Source: an uncultured Clostridia bacterium
Lineage (GTDB): Bacteria; Acidobacteriota; Blastocatellia; UBA7656
Assembly (NCBI GenBank): GCA_964548075.1
Contig: CAZJQQ010000042.1
Coordinates: forward strand, 92 to 64,091
Direction: 5' to 3'
DNA: 64,000 nt
In this document: positions 1 through 9,852 of the stretch, piece after piece
Numbering within the stretch: the first letter of the stretch is position 1
How the letters are laid out: the number at the start of each line of letters is the position of its first letter
Made by a program: the position numbers and the translations under genes
The notes under the pieces: model-generated
What the model was told of the DNA's origin: nothing
The model's database searches: none
Seen by the model: the letters and a program-made list of their open reading frames with translations, nothing else

Positions 1-171
1 GTATTCCTGGTGATAACAACATCCTCGAACCTTAAGGTCGGGCTCAAACTGTAGCGCGCTTCATCGATCAAGGCGGCCGTCACCCAACCCTCCGGAGATT
101 GACAAAGACTGCACCCAGGAATACAACAAGCGAACAGGTGATAATGAATTATTCTTAGAGAGGGACGCCGA

Positions 172-1263
172 ATGACTAACCCATCAAACGACAAAAGAAC
201 CGAAGGCAGGCGCGGGTTCCTGCAATCGACGCTCGGCATCGCGGGTGCTTCCTTGTTAGAATCGCCCGCGCTTGCGATGAAACACCCCGACGCGCCATCC
301 GGCAATGGTTCGCACTCCGCCTCGATGATGAGCGCGGCAGCGGACGCGTTCATCAGTTCGTTGTCCGCCGGCCAGCGCGCGAAGACCACGTTCGCGTTCG
401 AGGATGAGCAGCGGCTCGACTGGCATTTCATTCCCCGTGCGCGCAAAGGAATTCCATTCAAGGAACTCGACCCGGCTCAACGTCTTTTGGGTAACGCCCT
501 GATGGGCGCAGGTCTCGGCCAGCGCGGGCTCATAAGGGCTGCGACCATCATGAGTCTCGATGCGATCCTGCGCGAGCTCGAGCAAGGCAAGGGACCAGTA
601 CGCGACCCCGAACTCTACTTCCTGAGCATCTTCGGCGACGCGCGGTCGGCCAAACCGTGGGGGTGGCGAGTCGAGGGACATCACGTCGCGCTGAACTTCA
701 CGCTCGTCGATGGCAAGCACATTGCTTCGACGCCTGCCTTCTTCGGCGCGAATCCGGCTGAAGTCCTGCAGGGCTCACGCAAAGGTCTGCGAGCGCTTGC
801 TCCCGAAGAAGACCTGGCGCGGCTGCTGATCAAATCGCTCGATGACCGGCAGCGCGCTCAGGCGGTCGTAAGCCAAAGCGCTCCAGCCGACATCCTGTCC
901 ACCAATCTCAGAAAGGCAGAACCGCTCAAGCCCGCCGGTCTTCAGACCAGCAAGCTGGGTCAGAAGCAGCAAGACATCCTGATGACTCTTCTGAGTGAAT
1001 ACGCTTCGAGGCACGCGCCGGATATCGCCGCAGTCAGATTGGACAAAGTTCGCGCGGCGGGCTTAGCTAACATCTTCTTTGTGTGGGCCGGCGGGTTCGA
1101 AAAAGGCCAGCCGCATTACTATCGCATCCAGGGCCCGTCGTTTCTGGTCGAATACGACAACGTTCAGAACAACGCCAACCACATTCACACAGTCTGGCGA
1201 GATTTCAACTCGGATTTCGGCGCCGATTTGCTGGCGTTGCACTACAAGCAAGATCATCGTTGA
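172..1263 (+). CDS. DUF3500-family protein with a twin-arginine signal peptide
   Basis: 363-aa ORF. The N-terminus carries RRGFLQSTLGIAGASLL, which is Tat-like. The C-terminal block HYYRIQGPSFLVEYDN...NHIHTVWRD is what I recall as characteristic of DUF3500. Not searched. Confidence 0.8.
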   Translation: MTNPSNDKRTEGRRGFLQSTLGIAGASLLESPALAMKHPDAPSGNGSHSASMMSAAADAFISSLSAGQRAKTTFAFEDEQRLDWHFIPRARKGIPFKELDPAQRLLGNALMGAGLGQRGLIRAATIMSLDAILRELEQGKGPVRDPELYFLSIFGDARSAKPWGWRVEGHHVALNFTLVDGKHIASTPAFFGANPAEVLQGSRKGLRALAPEEDLARLLIKSLDDRQRAQAVVSQSAPADILSTNLRKAEPLKPAGLQTSKLGQKQQDILMTLLSEYASRHAPDIAAVRLDKVRAAGLANIFFVWAGGFEKGQPHYYRIQGPSFLVEYDNVQNNANHIHTVWRDFNSDFGADLLALHYKQDHR

Positions 1264-1303
1264 GAGCTGCGGCGCCCACGGTTAGTCGGACGTATTCTTC
1301 GCG

Positions 1304-1383
1304 TCTTTGCGGACCTTGGCGCCTTTGCGCGAAACGAGTTTCCGGAGACGGGTTTCGCGCAACGACGCAAAGATCCGCAAAAA
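1304..1383. repeat. Imperfect inverted repeat (REP-like hairpin) downstream of the DUF3500 gene
   Basis: Left arm tctttgcggaccttggcgcctttgcgcgaaac pairs with the reverse complement of gtttcgcgcaacgacgcaaagatccgcaaaaa at 27 of 32 positions by hand alignment. The loop is 16 nt. A related half-element, ctttgcttctttgcgcgaaac, occurs at about 32292-32312. Confidence 0.5.
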
Positions 1384-1471
1384 CCGCAAAAACATCGCCA
1401 AACTTGCAACGGAAGATTCTCGGCCCCTCACGCGTCAAAGGTAAAGCGATTCCGCTCAAGGAGGAAAGGGT

Positions 1472-1900
1472 ATGAAGACTCAACGAATTCTGATCGCCCT
1501 CACGGTTATCAATCTCGGACTTGCGATGTTTCTTCTGGCGCAGATCCGTCGAGTCGACGCGCGTGGCGTCGAGTCGGCTAGCCCAACACCGGTGCTCCGC
1601 GGCAGCGCGCTCGAGATCGTCGACGATCAGGGAAGAGTTCGAGCAAGCATCAAGATTCACGCAGGAGATCCAAAGTTCAAGATGCCGGACGGCAGAACAG
1701 GATACCCGGAAACAGTGATGTTTCGGCTGATCGATCCGAACGGGCGGCCTGAGGTGAAACTCGGAGCATCAGTGGAAGGCGCAGGGCTCGGGCTCGCCGG
1801 CGAAACGGACACGACATATATCACGTTGAAGGCGGAGGGTCCGGACAGTTCCTTGAAAATGACGAACAAGGACGGGAAGCAGCAGCTAATCAAGCCGTAG
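1472..1900 (+). CDS. Hypothetical membrane-anchored or secreted protein
   Basis: 142-aa ORF preceded by aaggaggaaagggt (strong SD). It has an N-terminal hydrophobic segment ILIALTVINLGLAMFLLA. No recognisable catalytic motifs. Confidence 0.65.
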   Translation: MKTQRILIALTVINLGLAMFLLAQIRRVDARGVESASPTPVLRGSALEIVDDQGRVRASIKIHAGDPKFKMPDGRTGYPETVMFRLIDPNGRPEVKLGASVEGAGLGLAGETDTTYITLKAEGPDSSLKMTNKDGKQQLIKP

Positions 1901-2294
1901 AGTCTGCCCAGACCTGAAAAGAAGCGTGCTACCAGCCAGTCCAAGAACTGCGCGCAACCCGAGCGGAGTTCAATGTTTGTAGAACGCGAAGATCGCGACA
2001 GCCCAAACTCACGCCGACTCTGTCGGAGTTGAATGTTCCGGCGGCCTTGGTTGTGTATTGTTAAGGCGGCCCGTGGACCAGGCCGATCATTGCTTCGTCG
2101 GCGATCAGCAACACGTCGATAATATCCCAGTTGACCGAATGCCAGTTTCGACCATTACCTCTGCTCGGAACCCGCGCCGCATTGCTTCGAGTAGTCCACC
2201 TTAGCATCGTTGCCCCCGCACCAAGCGCTTTGATAAGCTCTCGCGGCCACGCAGTCGCCCGTTGGCTCTTACACAATTATAGAGGACAACCGCT

Positions 2295-2813
2295 ATGGCA
2301 CACGATGAGAAGCCAGACCCTGCCGCTGATGACTTGACCCCGACCGTGGGGGCGGCCACCGATATCGCTCCGCTCGGTCATCTCGGGACCAAGCCGGCGC
2401 ACGAGCTGACTGCCGACGAAGACAGCGATCCCGTCGAGTGGCGACGGGTTACTCAGATGCCGGAATTCAAAAACATGCTGAAGGCCAAGCTGAGGTTCAT
2501 CGTCCCGGCGACGCTGTTCTTCATCGTCTATTATTTCGCGCTCCCGGTGCTTGTGGGATATGCGCCGGGACTGATGGCGAGAAAAGTATTCGGTGTGGTG
2601 AATATCGCCTACCTGTTCGCGCTCTCCCAGTTTTTCATGGCGTGGATTATTGCGGCACTTTATCTCCGAGCGGCGTCACGATTCGACAAAATGGAGAAGG
2701 GCATCATCGAGATTTCCGATTGCCGATTTGCGATTGCCGATTCAACGACGCGCTCCAAGCACCAAACAGTCGGCAATCGCAAATCTGCAATCGGCAATGA
2801 GGACAATCCATGA
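2295..2813 (+). CDS. DUF485 (YjcH-like) inner-membrane protein with N- and C-terminal extensions
   Basis: The core has two TM helices ([20 protein letters not shown] and [20 protein letters not shown]). It overlaps the actP start by 4 nt (ATGA), the classic yjcH-actP arrangement. The last ~30 codons are read through a palindromic repeat. Confidence 0.75.
   Translation: MAHDEKPDPAADDLTPTVGAATDIAPLGHLGTKPAHELTADEDSDPVEWRRVTQMPEFKNMLKAKLRFIVPATLFFIVYYFALPVLVGYAPGLMARKVFGVVNIAYLFALSQFFMAWIIAALYLRAASRFDKMEKGIIEISDCRFAIADSTTRSKHQTVGNRKSAIGNEDNP
2718..2798. repeat. Heptamer-built palindrome inside the 3' end of the DUF485 ORF
   Basis: Left arm: gattgcc gatttgc gattgcc gattcaa (2718-2745). Right arm: cggcaat cgcaaat ctgcaat cggcaat (2771-2798). 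The inner 11 bp, gcgattgccga/tcggcaatcgc, pair perfectly. Confidence 0.7.
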
Positions 2814-4426
2814 CGATGGCCCTTTTGATATTCCTGGTCTTTGTCAGCATCACGCTGGTGATCACCTATTGGGCGGCGCGCCGATCGAGCGGAGCGAATG
2901 CCTTCTTTGCCGCGAACCGTCAGATCACCGCCTGGCAAAACGGTTTCGCCGTCGCCGGGGATTACATGAGCGCGGCTTCGTTCCTGGGCATCGCCGGGAT
3001 CATCGCGTTCCAGGGCTATGACGGATTCATGTACTCGGTCGGGTGGCTTGTAGCGTATCTGACGGTGCTGCTGATTGTCGCGGAACCATTGCGCAACGCA
3101 GGCAAGTATACGATGGCCGATGTTCTGGCTTATCGCCTAAGCCCAAGACCGGTGCGCGCGATGGCTTCGCTCAGCACTCTCACCGTTAGCATCTTCTACA
3201 TGATTGCGCAGATGGTCGGGGCCGGCGCGCTTGTCGCTTTATTGCTCAAAGATTCGGGCATCAACTATCAGACCGCGGTCATCGGTGTCGGAGTGCTGAT
3301 GATCGTCTACGTGGTCTTCGGCGGTATGCTCGCGACGACGTGGGTTCAGATCATCAAGGCCATCCTGCTAATGAGCGGGACGATCCTGCTGAGCATCCTG
3401 GTGCTTGCACACTTTGGCTTCAGCTTCGGGAGCTTTTTCGAGGCGATCGGAAGTGTGACCTATCAGGAAAACGGCGTCGCCGTCACGAAAGACTTCCTCC
3501 AGCCTGGTCTGCGGTTCAAACCGCCTTACGGCGCGCTGGATTTGATCTCGCTCGGCATGGCATTGATCTTCGGGACCGCCGGCCTGCCTCACATCCTTGT
3601 GCGCTTTTACACCGTCCCCGATGCAAAGACTGCCCGCATCAGCGTCGTGTGGGCGATGGCGCTGATCGGGACGTTTTACATCCTGACGACTTTTCTGGGT
3701 TTTGGCGCGGCGACCATCGTCGGCCGTGACAAGATCGCGGTCGGCGGCGGCACGAATATGAGCGCCCCGCTGCTGGCTCAAGCGCTGGGCGGCGATTTCT
3801 TCTTCGCGTTTATTTCGGCCATAGCTTTCGCCACCATTCTCGCGGTAGTGGCCGGCCTGACCATCAGCGCATCGACTTCGTTTGCGCACGACTTCTACAC
3901 GAACGTTATTCATCGTGGGACCGAACGCCGCGCGGGCGAAGAAGTGCGAGTCGCGCGGGTGACGGCGTTCGTAGTCGGAGCAATCGCGATGGCAGTCGCA
4001 ATCCTGCTGGGGCCTAACGCCAACGTGGCTTTCCTGGTTGCGCTGGCCTTTGCCGTCGCCGCGTCAGCCAATCTGCCTGTGATCGTGCTGTCTCTATTCT
4101 GGAGGCGATTCAACACCCGCGGGGCCGTCATTGGATTGGGGACAGGGCTTGCGGCGTCGATCCTCCTGATCATCTTGAGCCCGAGCATCATGGGAGTTGA
4201 TGCGGGAGTTGATGCGCCCGGAGTCACTGCCGCGGCGCGTCACCTGATTCAATCGCCGGCGATCTTCCCGCTCGAGAATCCTGGAATCCTCAGCATCCCG
4301 CTTGGATTTCTCGGAGCTATTCTTGGGACCTTGTCGGGGCGGGAACCTCGGGCAGAGGAAAAGTACGATGAACTGCTGGTGCGTGCTTCAACCGGACTGG
4401 GCGCCGAGAAGGCGACGACGCGTTGA
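2810..4426 (+). CDS. actP: Cation/acetate symporter, SSF family
   Basis: 538-aa polytopic membrane protein with an SSS-family look ([15 protein letters not shown]..., [12 protein letters not shown]). It is translationally coupled to the upstream DUF485 gene. Confidence 0.9.
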   Translation: MTMALLIFLVFVSITLVITYWAARRSSGANAFFAANRQITAWQNGFAVAGDYMSAASFLGIAGIIAFQGYDGFMYSVGWLVAYLTVLLIVAEPLRNAGKYTMADVLAYRLSPRPVRAMASLSTLTVSIFYMIAQMVGAGALVALLLKDSGINYQTAVIGVGVLMIVYVVFGGMLATTWVQIIKAILLMSGTILLSILVLAHFGFSFGSFFEAIGSVTYQENGVAVTKDFLQPGLRFKPPYGALDLISLGMALIFGTAGLPHILVRFYTVPDAKTARISVVWAMALIGTFYILTTFLGFGAATIVGRDKIAVGGGTNMSAPLLAQALGGDFFFAFISAIAFATILAVVAGLTISASTSFAHDFYTNVIHRGTERRAGEEVRVARVTAFVVGAIAMAVAILLGPNANVAFLVALAFAVAASANLPVIVLSLFWRRFNTRGAVIGLGTGLAASILLIILSPSIMGVDAGVDAPGVTAAARHLIQSPAIFPLENPGILSIPLGFLGAILGTLSGREPRAEEKYDELLVRASTGLGAEKATTR

Positions 4427-4522
4427 CGAACCCAGGAGTCATCTGGACTGCGGAGGCACACACCCGGAAGGTTCCTTGCTATAATTGCCAATCCACATTC
4501 AGAGTACGGAGCATAGACAGTC

Positions 4523-4834
4523 ATGAAGGTTGAACATGGAGTGATGCTTTCGACCGACCTCGGTTCTCCGCATTCCATTCCGTATTTTCTCTGGGATGAA
4601 CCGATGACCGTGGCTGAATTCCGAGAGCGTTTGCAGACCGCTTCGACGTTGGAACAGACGCGGCTTCTGGCGAAACTGCTGCGCGAAGCGCGCGACACAG
4701 ACGTCTGGCAATTCACTTCACCCGCCGAGGTTTGGCGACGATGGCCCGCCCTTGCGCCGCAACTTGGACGGCGTCGTGGCTTCTGGGAGTTCTTGCTCGG
4801 CCATTGGCAGGAAGGAGGCTTGCTTGGCAGATAG
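4523..4834 (+). CDS. Small protein upstream of the AbiEii-like nucleotidyltransferase (putative partner or antitoxin)
   Basis: 103-aa ORF ending 11 nt inside the next gene. The FLWDEP...WQF...FWEFLL pattern resembles small proteins I recall upstream of DUF1814 genes. Recollection only. Confidence 0.5.
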   Translation: MKVEHGVMLSTDLGSPHSIPYFLWDEPMTVAEFRERLQTASTLEQTRLLAKLLREARDTDVWQFTSPAEVWRRWPALAPQLGRRRGFWEFLLGHWQEGGLLGR

Positions 4835-5471
4835 CAAGCTCAGCGCACTGCAACACGATTTTCTGCGCGCATTTTTCCAGCGTGAGCAGCGCTTCTTTCT
4901 AACCGGCGGCGGGGCACTCGCCGGGTTCCATCTAGGACATCGGGAGACTCATGACCTCGACCTGTTCACACTCGATGACGCAATGACTGAAGGGATGGCC
5001 GTCGCCTCTGAAGTTGCGCGCGAGTTGCGAGGGACGCTCGAAGCGATTCAAACATCACCGGATTTCCGACGCGTGTTGTTGCGGCGTGGCGGCGAAGCCA
5101 TCGTCATCGATTTGGTCCGCGAATACGTCGCGCAAGCGGTGTCCGAAAAGCCTGTTGTTAACGGCATTCGTGTTGACCCGCCGCAGGAGATTCTCGCTAA
5201 CAAGCTCTGCACGTTGCTATCGCGCTCAGAAATCCGTGACCTCGTGGACGTGCGCGCGCTCGAAATGGCTGGCTATCGGATGGAAGACGCGCTGAACGCG
5301 GCGACGAAAAAGGACCGAGGACTGACGCCTGCCCAATTGGGCTGGGTGCTCAGCCAGATCGAACTGGGTGACGATCTGATCGCGCCAGGCGGAGTCTCTA
5401 CACAAGAGTTGCGCCGTTACCTGCGAGGGTTGATTGACCGGCTGGCGAAGCAAGCTTTCCCGCAACGATGA
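4824..5471 (+). CDS. Nucleotidyltransferase, AbiEii/AbiGii (DUF1814)-like
   Basis: FFLTGGGALAGFHLGHRETHDLDLF is the typical N-terminal NTase motif. The likely start is TTG 4824, preceded by GGAGG at 4814-4818. The ORF track extends it to 4752. Confidence 0.7.
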   Translation: MADSKLSALQHDFLRAFFQREQRFFLTGGGALAGFHLGHRETHDLDLFTLDDAMTEGMAVASEVARELRGTLEAIQTSPDFRRVLLRRGGEAIVIDLVREYVAQAVSEKPVVNGIRVDPPQEILANKLCTLLSRSEIRDLVDVRALEMAGYRMEDALNAATKKDRGLTPAQLGWVLSQIELGDDLIAPGGVSTQELRRYLRGLIDRLAKQAFPQR

Positions 5472-5489
5472 TGCAAACGGAGGTAACCG

Positions 5490-6449
5490 ATGCCACTCGA
5501 CCCACAAGCGCAAGCGCTCCTGGACCAGATGGCCGCGTCCGGCGCGCCGCCGCTTACCGGCCAATCCGTCGCGGAGGCGCGACAGGCCGTGCTCGCATTC
5601 GCTCAACTCGGCGGTGATCCGGAACCAGTCAACCAAGTCGAAGATCGCAAGCTCCCCGGCCCCGACGGAGGAATTCCCGTGCGCATCTACGCGCCGGCGG
5701 GCAGCGGACCTTTTCCGGTGCTGGTCTACTTTCACGGAGGCGGCTGGGTCATTTGCGATCTCGAGACTCACGACCCGGTTTGCCGAAGCCTTGCGAACGC
5801 CGCCCAGTGCATAGTCGTGTCAGTTGATTATCGTCTCGCGCCGGAGCACAAGTTCCCGGCCGCCGCCGACGATTGTTACGCCGCTACGCAGTGGGTAATA
5901 AATAACGCAACGCTCATCAACGGCGATCCTGACCGGGTGGCGGTAGGCGGCGACAGCGCGGGCGGCAATCTGGCTGCTGTTGTAGCTCTGATGGCGCGTG
6001 ACCGAGGCGGGCCGGTGCTGATATTCCAACTGCTGGTCTATCCGGTTACGGATTATTACAAGCCCGGCACGCCGTCGCATCAGCAAAACGCGGACGGTTA
6101 CTTCCTCACCAGAGATGATATGGTCTGGTTCTGGAATCACTATTTGAACAGTGAAGCTGACGCCGCTAATCCGTACGCGTGTCCGTTGCAAGCAGCGAAT
6201 CTGGCTGGCTTGCCGCCGGCGCTGGTGATCACAGCCGAATTCGATCCGCTTCGAGACGAAGGAGAGATGTACGCCGCGCGGCTGCGAGCGTCAGGGGTTG
6301 CCGCGGAACTAGTGCGCTACAACGGAATGATTCACGGGTTTTTCAGTATGGCAGGCGTTTTGGAGCAGGGCCGGAACGCGCTGGCGTTTGCAGCAACTCG
6401 ACTGCGTTCGGCGTTTGCTGGAGAGCCCGGCTCCGGCAAAGCTGAATAA
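5490..6449 (+). CDS. Alpha/beta hydrolase, family IV (HSL-type) esterase/lipase
   Basis: HGGGW oxyanion motif (VYFHGGGWVICD), GDSAGG nucleophile elbow, and C-terminal DPLRDEG...HGF. Confidence 0.9.
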   Translation: MPLDPQAQALLDQMAASGAPPLTGQSVAEARQAVLAFAQLGGDPEPVNQVEDRKLPGPDGGIPVRIYAPAGSGPFPVLVYFHGGGWVICDLETHDPVCRSLANAAQCIVVSVDYRLAPEHKFPAAADDCYAATQWVINNATLINGDPDRVAVGGDSAGGNLAAVVALMARDRGGPVLIFQLLVYPVTDYYKPGTPSHQQNADGYFLTRDDMVWFWNHYLNSEADAANPYACPLQAANLAGLPPALVITAEFDPLRDEGEMYAARLRASGVAAELVRYNGMIHGFFSMAGVLEQGRNALAFAATRLRSAFAGEPGSGKAE

Positions 6450-6501
6450 TTGGCTTTCAACATAAGGCGGACAATCAGATTAAGGCGCCGTGCCCGAGCG
6501 C

Positions 6502-9500
6502 TCACTTCAACCTCAATGTCGGGTCGCCGAGCAGAACCCACGTTCGGCGGACGTCGATGTCTGAAATCTCACTCTTCGCGCTGCGTATTGCTTCTCCCAG
6601 TGTCGGCGGTTGCTTCAAGATACTGGCGTTGAACATCGAGCGATACAGCGCTTGATTGAGCAGCGCTTGCGCCTGCGGGAGAGTCAGGCCCGATGATGCC
6701 CACACCGCCACCGCGCCGCCCTGCTCCGCCTTCATCAACGATTCGCCGAGCGAGTCTATCAGAGCGTCGTGGAAATACCCGTTCAAGCAGGTCATCATCA
6801 CAAAAACCGGCAGGCGATCTCCGTTTGTCAGTCCTCCTGCATAATCCGAATCGAGCAGACTGCCTCGCCATTGGTTCAACGAGCCATGCCCCGCGTAATT
6901 CACAAGCTTCTGACCTCTCGCGAGCGCTTCAAACAACCGCGCTCTCGCCTCTCCGGGATCAAGCTGGCCTCTGCGGATCTCCTCAACCGCTACGCTCGGA
7001 GGGATGAACACCCGAAGCTGCGAGCTCGCCTGTTCGAAATTGAACCCGTCGTTCTGGTCGCTCACCAGCAATGCCGAACTCGCTTGCTCGGTTTGTTGGT
7101 AACGGATGATCTTGGAGATTGCAGTGATGGCCTCTTCGGCAGACCTGACAGGCAAACGGCCCGTCGCCACATCGGGGACGCCGTCGCCGTCGAAGTCAGA
7201 GAACCAATCGTCGCTCGCTGTTTCCATGTAAGCAGTGTCGATCAGCTTCGTCGGCACGAGGTCGTTCTCGCCAAACCCCAGATAGTTCTTCGGGTCGTAG
7301 CTCGCGTCGCCCGCGAACAACACAAATCGTGGAGCACGCTGCCAGCTTGCTCTGGCCAGCGAAAGGAAGTCTCTCACCGAGCCCGGCGATCTGTTCCCGA
7401 AGCTGAATTCATCGTAAAGGTCGTCAACATCGACCACCGCAACTTTGTAGCCCTCGGCTTCACGCGTTTTCTTCAAAGGATCGAGCGGACTGATGAGGTT
7501 TCGCGCGGTGATGATCACCAGATCCGCGGCATTGTTCGCGCTGCGCCAATTTGACGGCTGATTCAACCGGACGCTCGACGCGCGATGAACTCTCGCGCCG
7601 GTCAAAGCAAGCAGCCTGCGTCCGCTCGTGGCGGCCCCGCTCGCATTCGGAGCTGTGACGGTTGCCGAGTAGCCTTCCTTTGTTTGATCGATCGAAACCG
7701 CCAGCCGTTGAACGTCACGTTCGTCGGTCACATCGAAAACTCGAACGTCTTTCGTCGAGAAGCCATCGATCGTCACCATCTCGCCGGACTTAGCCGTCAA
7801 GCTCAAAGATTCGTTCTCGGCACGATAGCTGTGCTGATACGTGATGCGAATGAAATCAACCAGACTCACATCACTCGAGCCGTTGATCGATTGCAGCGCG
7901 ACAACGTTCTCACCTTCGCGCAGCATCGCGTGCGGCACTTCGATCTTGGCTCTCCCCTTCTCTTGTCCGCTGAACAAGACTCGCGCGATCGAAGAGCCGT
8001 TCAGCGTGACGCTCACCTGGTGCGCGAGGTTGGTTACGCCTTGCAATGCAACTTCGATCATCATCGGCTCTCTCGCGGTCTGCGAGATGTTGTTCAAGGT
8101 GAGGCGCTGATCGAGTGCGTTGCCGGTGATCACCGCGCCAAAGAAGTTTTCTTCATCCCCGTTCCTCAAAGCCGAGAAGTAGATCGTGCGGTCGCGCCGC
8201 TCGACTGTGAACGGGAAGCTCTCGCCTGATGGATACCCTTTCGCAAACACCTCATCCGCGATTCGCAAGCCTCGCTGAGAGTCGGCCAAAAGCCAGTAGA
8301 CTCGCGTGTCCGTCGAAGCAGTGTTCAAACCAAGCCCGTAGAACTCGACCGCATCACTCGAGTCCAGGCGTCCGTCCTCTTTTCCGGCAACGACGATTGG
8401 AAGCTCCCTTCCGTCGACGAACAGCCGCAGCATTCGCGGGTCAGCTTTCACATCGAAGCCCGCGGCGGCGAGTTCAGCTTGAGTGACTCGATGCCACCCA
8501 GCTTGCTTCACGCTGATCTTGGCCGCGCGAGACAAAGCCAGGCTCGCTTGTTGAAGCGACACCGGCGATGACGCGGGCTGATTTGCCCTCACCAACTCAG
8601 CGAATGGTTCGACAATGCGCGTTCTATCGTCGTCTTGTCTTCCAATGCTGCTCAAGAGCGCGGCTTGAGACTGAGCCGGGGGCTTGCCTCCAAGCTGCTT
8701 GACGTAGAACGGTCCATGCCACGTTGACTGACCATTCAGGTCCAGGTCTTCGAGCCAGTACTGCGCGTTCCGGCAATCCGCCATCCCCGATCCGCAATCC
8801 GCATTTGCCTTATCCCACCACGCGTAGGCTCGCCCGGCAGTGAGCGCCGTGGAACCGGCTACCAGAGCCGATCCTGCGACTGGCTCCTGATTCACCAGAG
8901 CCCGCCTCCCTGCCGATTCGCGATGGATTCGGAATCCCAGATTGTCGACTTCAAACCCGGTCTCCCACTCGAGCATCACTCCGTTGTCGTATCCGGTTGC
9001 CGTGAACGAGCTGAGAGTGATGGCTGTCGGTCCCATCTGATTGACGGTGTGCGTCAACCCGGCGGCGGTAATCGTTCCGATGCGCTGAGTAGCGGCGGCC
9101 GCGACTGAGTAATTGACCGTGCCGTTGCCGGTCCCGTTTGCCACGGATGTGATGGTTATCCACGCATCGTTGCTCACGGCAGTCCAAGCGCAGCTCGCGG
9201 CAGTGATAACGTTGAAACTGCCGATGCCGCCCGCGCCGGGGAAGCTGGCGCTGGGAGAAGAGAGCGAGTAGCCGTTGACGGTTAAGGTGGCCGGATTTGA
9301 GATTGCAGAGCTTCCACACGGCGCCGACACAACGCAATCGTATGGACCAGCATCCCCGGCGGCGGCGGGGTTTATGGTGAGCGTCGCCGATGTTGCGCCG
9401 CTGATGTTACCGCCGCCGGTGAGATTGACGGTGTTCTTGCGCCACTGATAACTGATGCCCGCGCCCGAAGCGGTTACGGAGAAACCGGCTTGCTGGCCGG

Positions 9501-9825
9501 CGCAGATTACCTGGGCAGAAGGCTGTGAGGTGATGGCAGGTGCGGCGCAAGGCGTGGCGGCCGCCTGCCAGAAGCCCCCGTCCAGGGAGAACGTACCGGC
9601 GGATGACCTTCCAAGGACGGCCTGCCCTATGGAGCCGGTGATGCTGGTGCTGCCGTTTGAGCTTGTGCCTCCGCCGCCGGAGAGGACGGACGGGTTGATC
9701 GTGAAGGGTCCTCCCGACTGTTGCGTCAGCGCGGGCCGCGCAAACCAGCCGCTTGAGACGACGAGCAGCAGCGTGCTGGTCACGAGTAGTAATCGTCGCA
9801 GGGTTATTCCGGCTAGCGGTTTCAT
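6502..9825 (-). CDS. Secreted multidomain protein: Ig-like and BACON-like domains plus a C-terminal C25 (gingipain-type) cysteine-peptidase-like domain
   Basis: Signal peptide from ATG 9825 (MKPLAGITLRRLLLV...). Ig-like segment ITSQPSAQVICAGQQAGFSV...YDCVV. C-terminal FVLFAGDASYDPKNY, DDWFSDFDGDGVPDVATGRLPV, NYAGHGS and MMTCLNG, giving a His/Cys context as in C25. It starts 27 nt after the stop of the upstream fibre gene. Confidence 0.8.
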   Translation of the reverse strand: MKPLAGITLRRLLLVTSTLLLVVSSGWFARPALTQQSGGPFTINPSVLSGGGGTSSNGSTSITGSIGQAVLGRSSAGTFSLDGGFWQAAATPCAAPAITSQPSAQVICAGQQAGFSVTASGAGISYQWRKNTVNLTGGGNISGATSATLTINPAAAGDAGPYDCVVSAPCGSSAISNPATLTVNGYSLSSPSASFPGAGGIGSFNVITAASCAWTAVSNDAWITITSVANGTGNGTVNYSVAAAATQRIGTITAAGLTHTVNQMGPTAITLSSFTATGYDNGVMLEWETGFEVDNLGFRIHRESAGRRALVNQEPVAGSALVAGSTALTAGRAYAWWDKANADCGSGMADCRNAQYWLEDLDLNGQSTWHGPFYVKQLGGKPPAQSQAALLSSIGRQDDDRTRIVEPFAELVRANQPASSPVSLQQASLALSRAAKISVKQAGWHRVTQAELAAAGFDVKADPRMLRLFVDGRELPIVVAGKEDGRLDSSDAVEFYGLGLNTASTDTRVYWLLADSQRGLRIADEVFAKGYPSGESFPFTVERRDRTIYFSALRNGDEENFFGAVITGNALDQRLTLNNISQTAREPMMIEVALQGVTNLAHQVSVTLNGSSIARVLFSGQEKGRAKIEVPHAMLREGENVVALQSINGSSDVSLVDFIRITYQHSYRAENESLSLTAKSGEMVTIDGFSTKDVRVFDVTDERDVQRLAVSIDQTKEGYSATVTAPNASGAATSGRRLLALTGARVHRASSVRLNQPSNWRSANNAADLVIITARNLISPLDPLKKTREAEGYKVAVVDVDDLYDEFSFGNRSPGSVRDFLSLARASWQRAPRFVLFAGDASYDPKNYLGFGENDLVPTKLIDTAYMETASDDWFSDFDGDGVPDVATGRLPVRSAEEAITAISKIIRYQQTEQASSALLVSDQNDGFNFEQASSQLRVFIPPSVAVEEIRRGQLDPGEARARLFEALARGQKLVNYAGHGSLNQWRGSLLDSDYAGGLTNGDRLPVFVMMTCLNGYFHDALIDSLGESLMKAEQGGAVAVWASSGLTLPQAQALLNQALYRSMFNASILKQPPTLGEAIRSAKSEISDIDVRRTWVLLGDPTLRLK

Positions 9826-9852
9826 TTTTATCAACTCACGAACGAGCAAGCG

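Noticed and set aside
2061-2276. A 71-aa minus-strand ORF in the 394-bp gap before the DUF485 gene.
   Set aside because: It has no SD or start context and no recognisable motif. The region also contains REP-like direct repeats (cggagtt(c/g)aatgtt at about 1964 and 2022), so I could not support a gene.
3368-4227. Minus-strand ORFs of 181 and 105 aa within actP.
   Set aside because: They are antisense to a clear 14-TM-type symporter gene and are shadow ORFs.
6769-8229. Plus-strand ORFs of 261 and 214 aa inside the C25 gene region.
   Set aside because: They are antisense to a gene with recognisable C25 motifs and are Arg-rich shadow translations.
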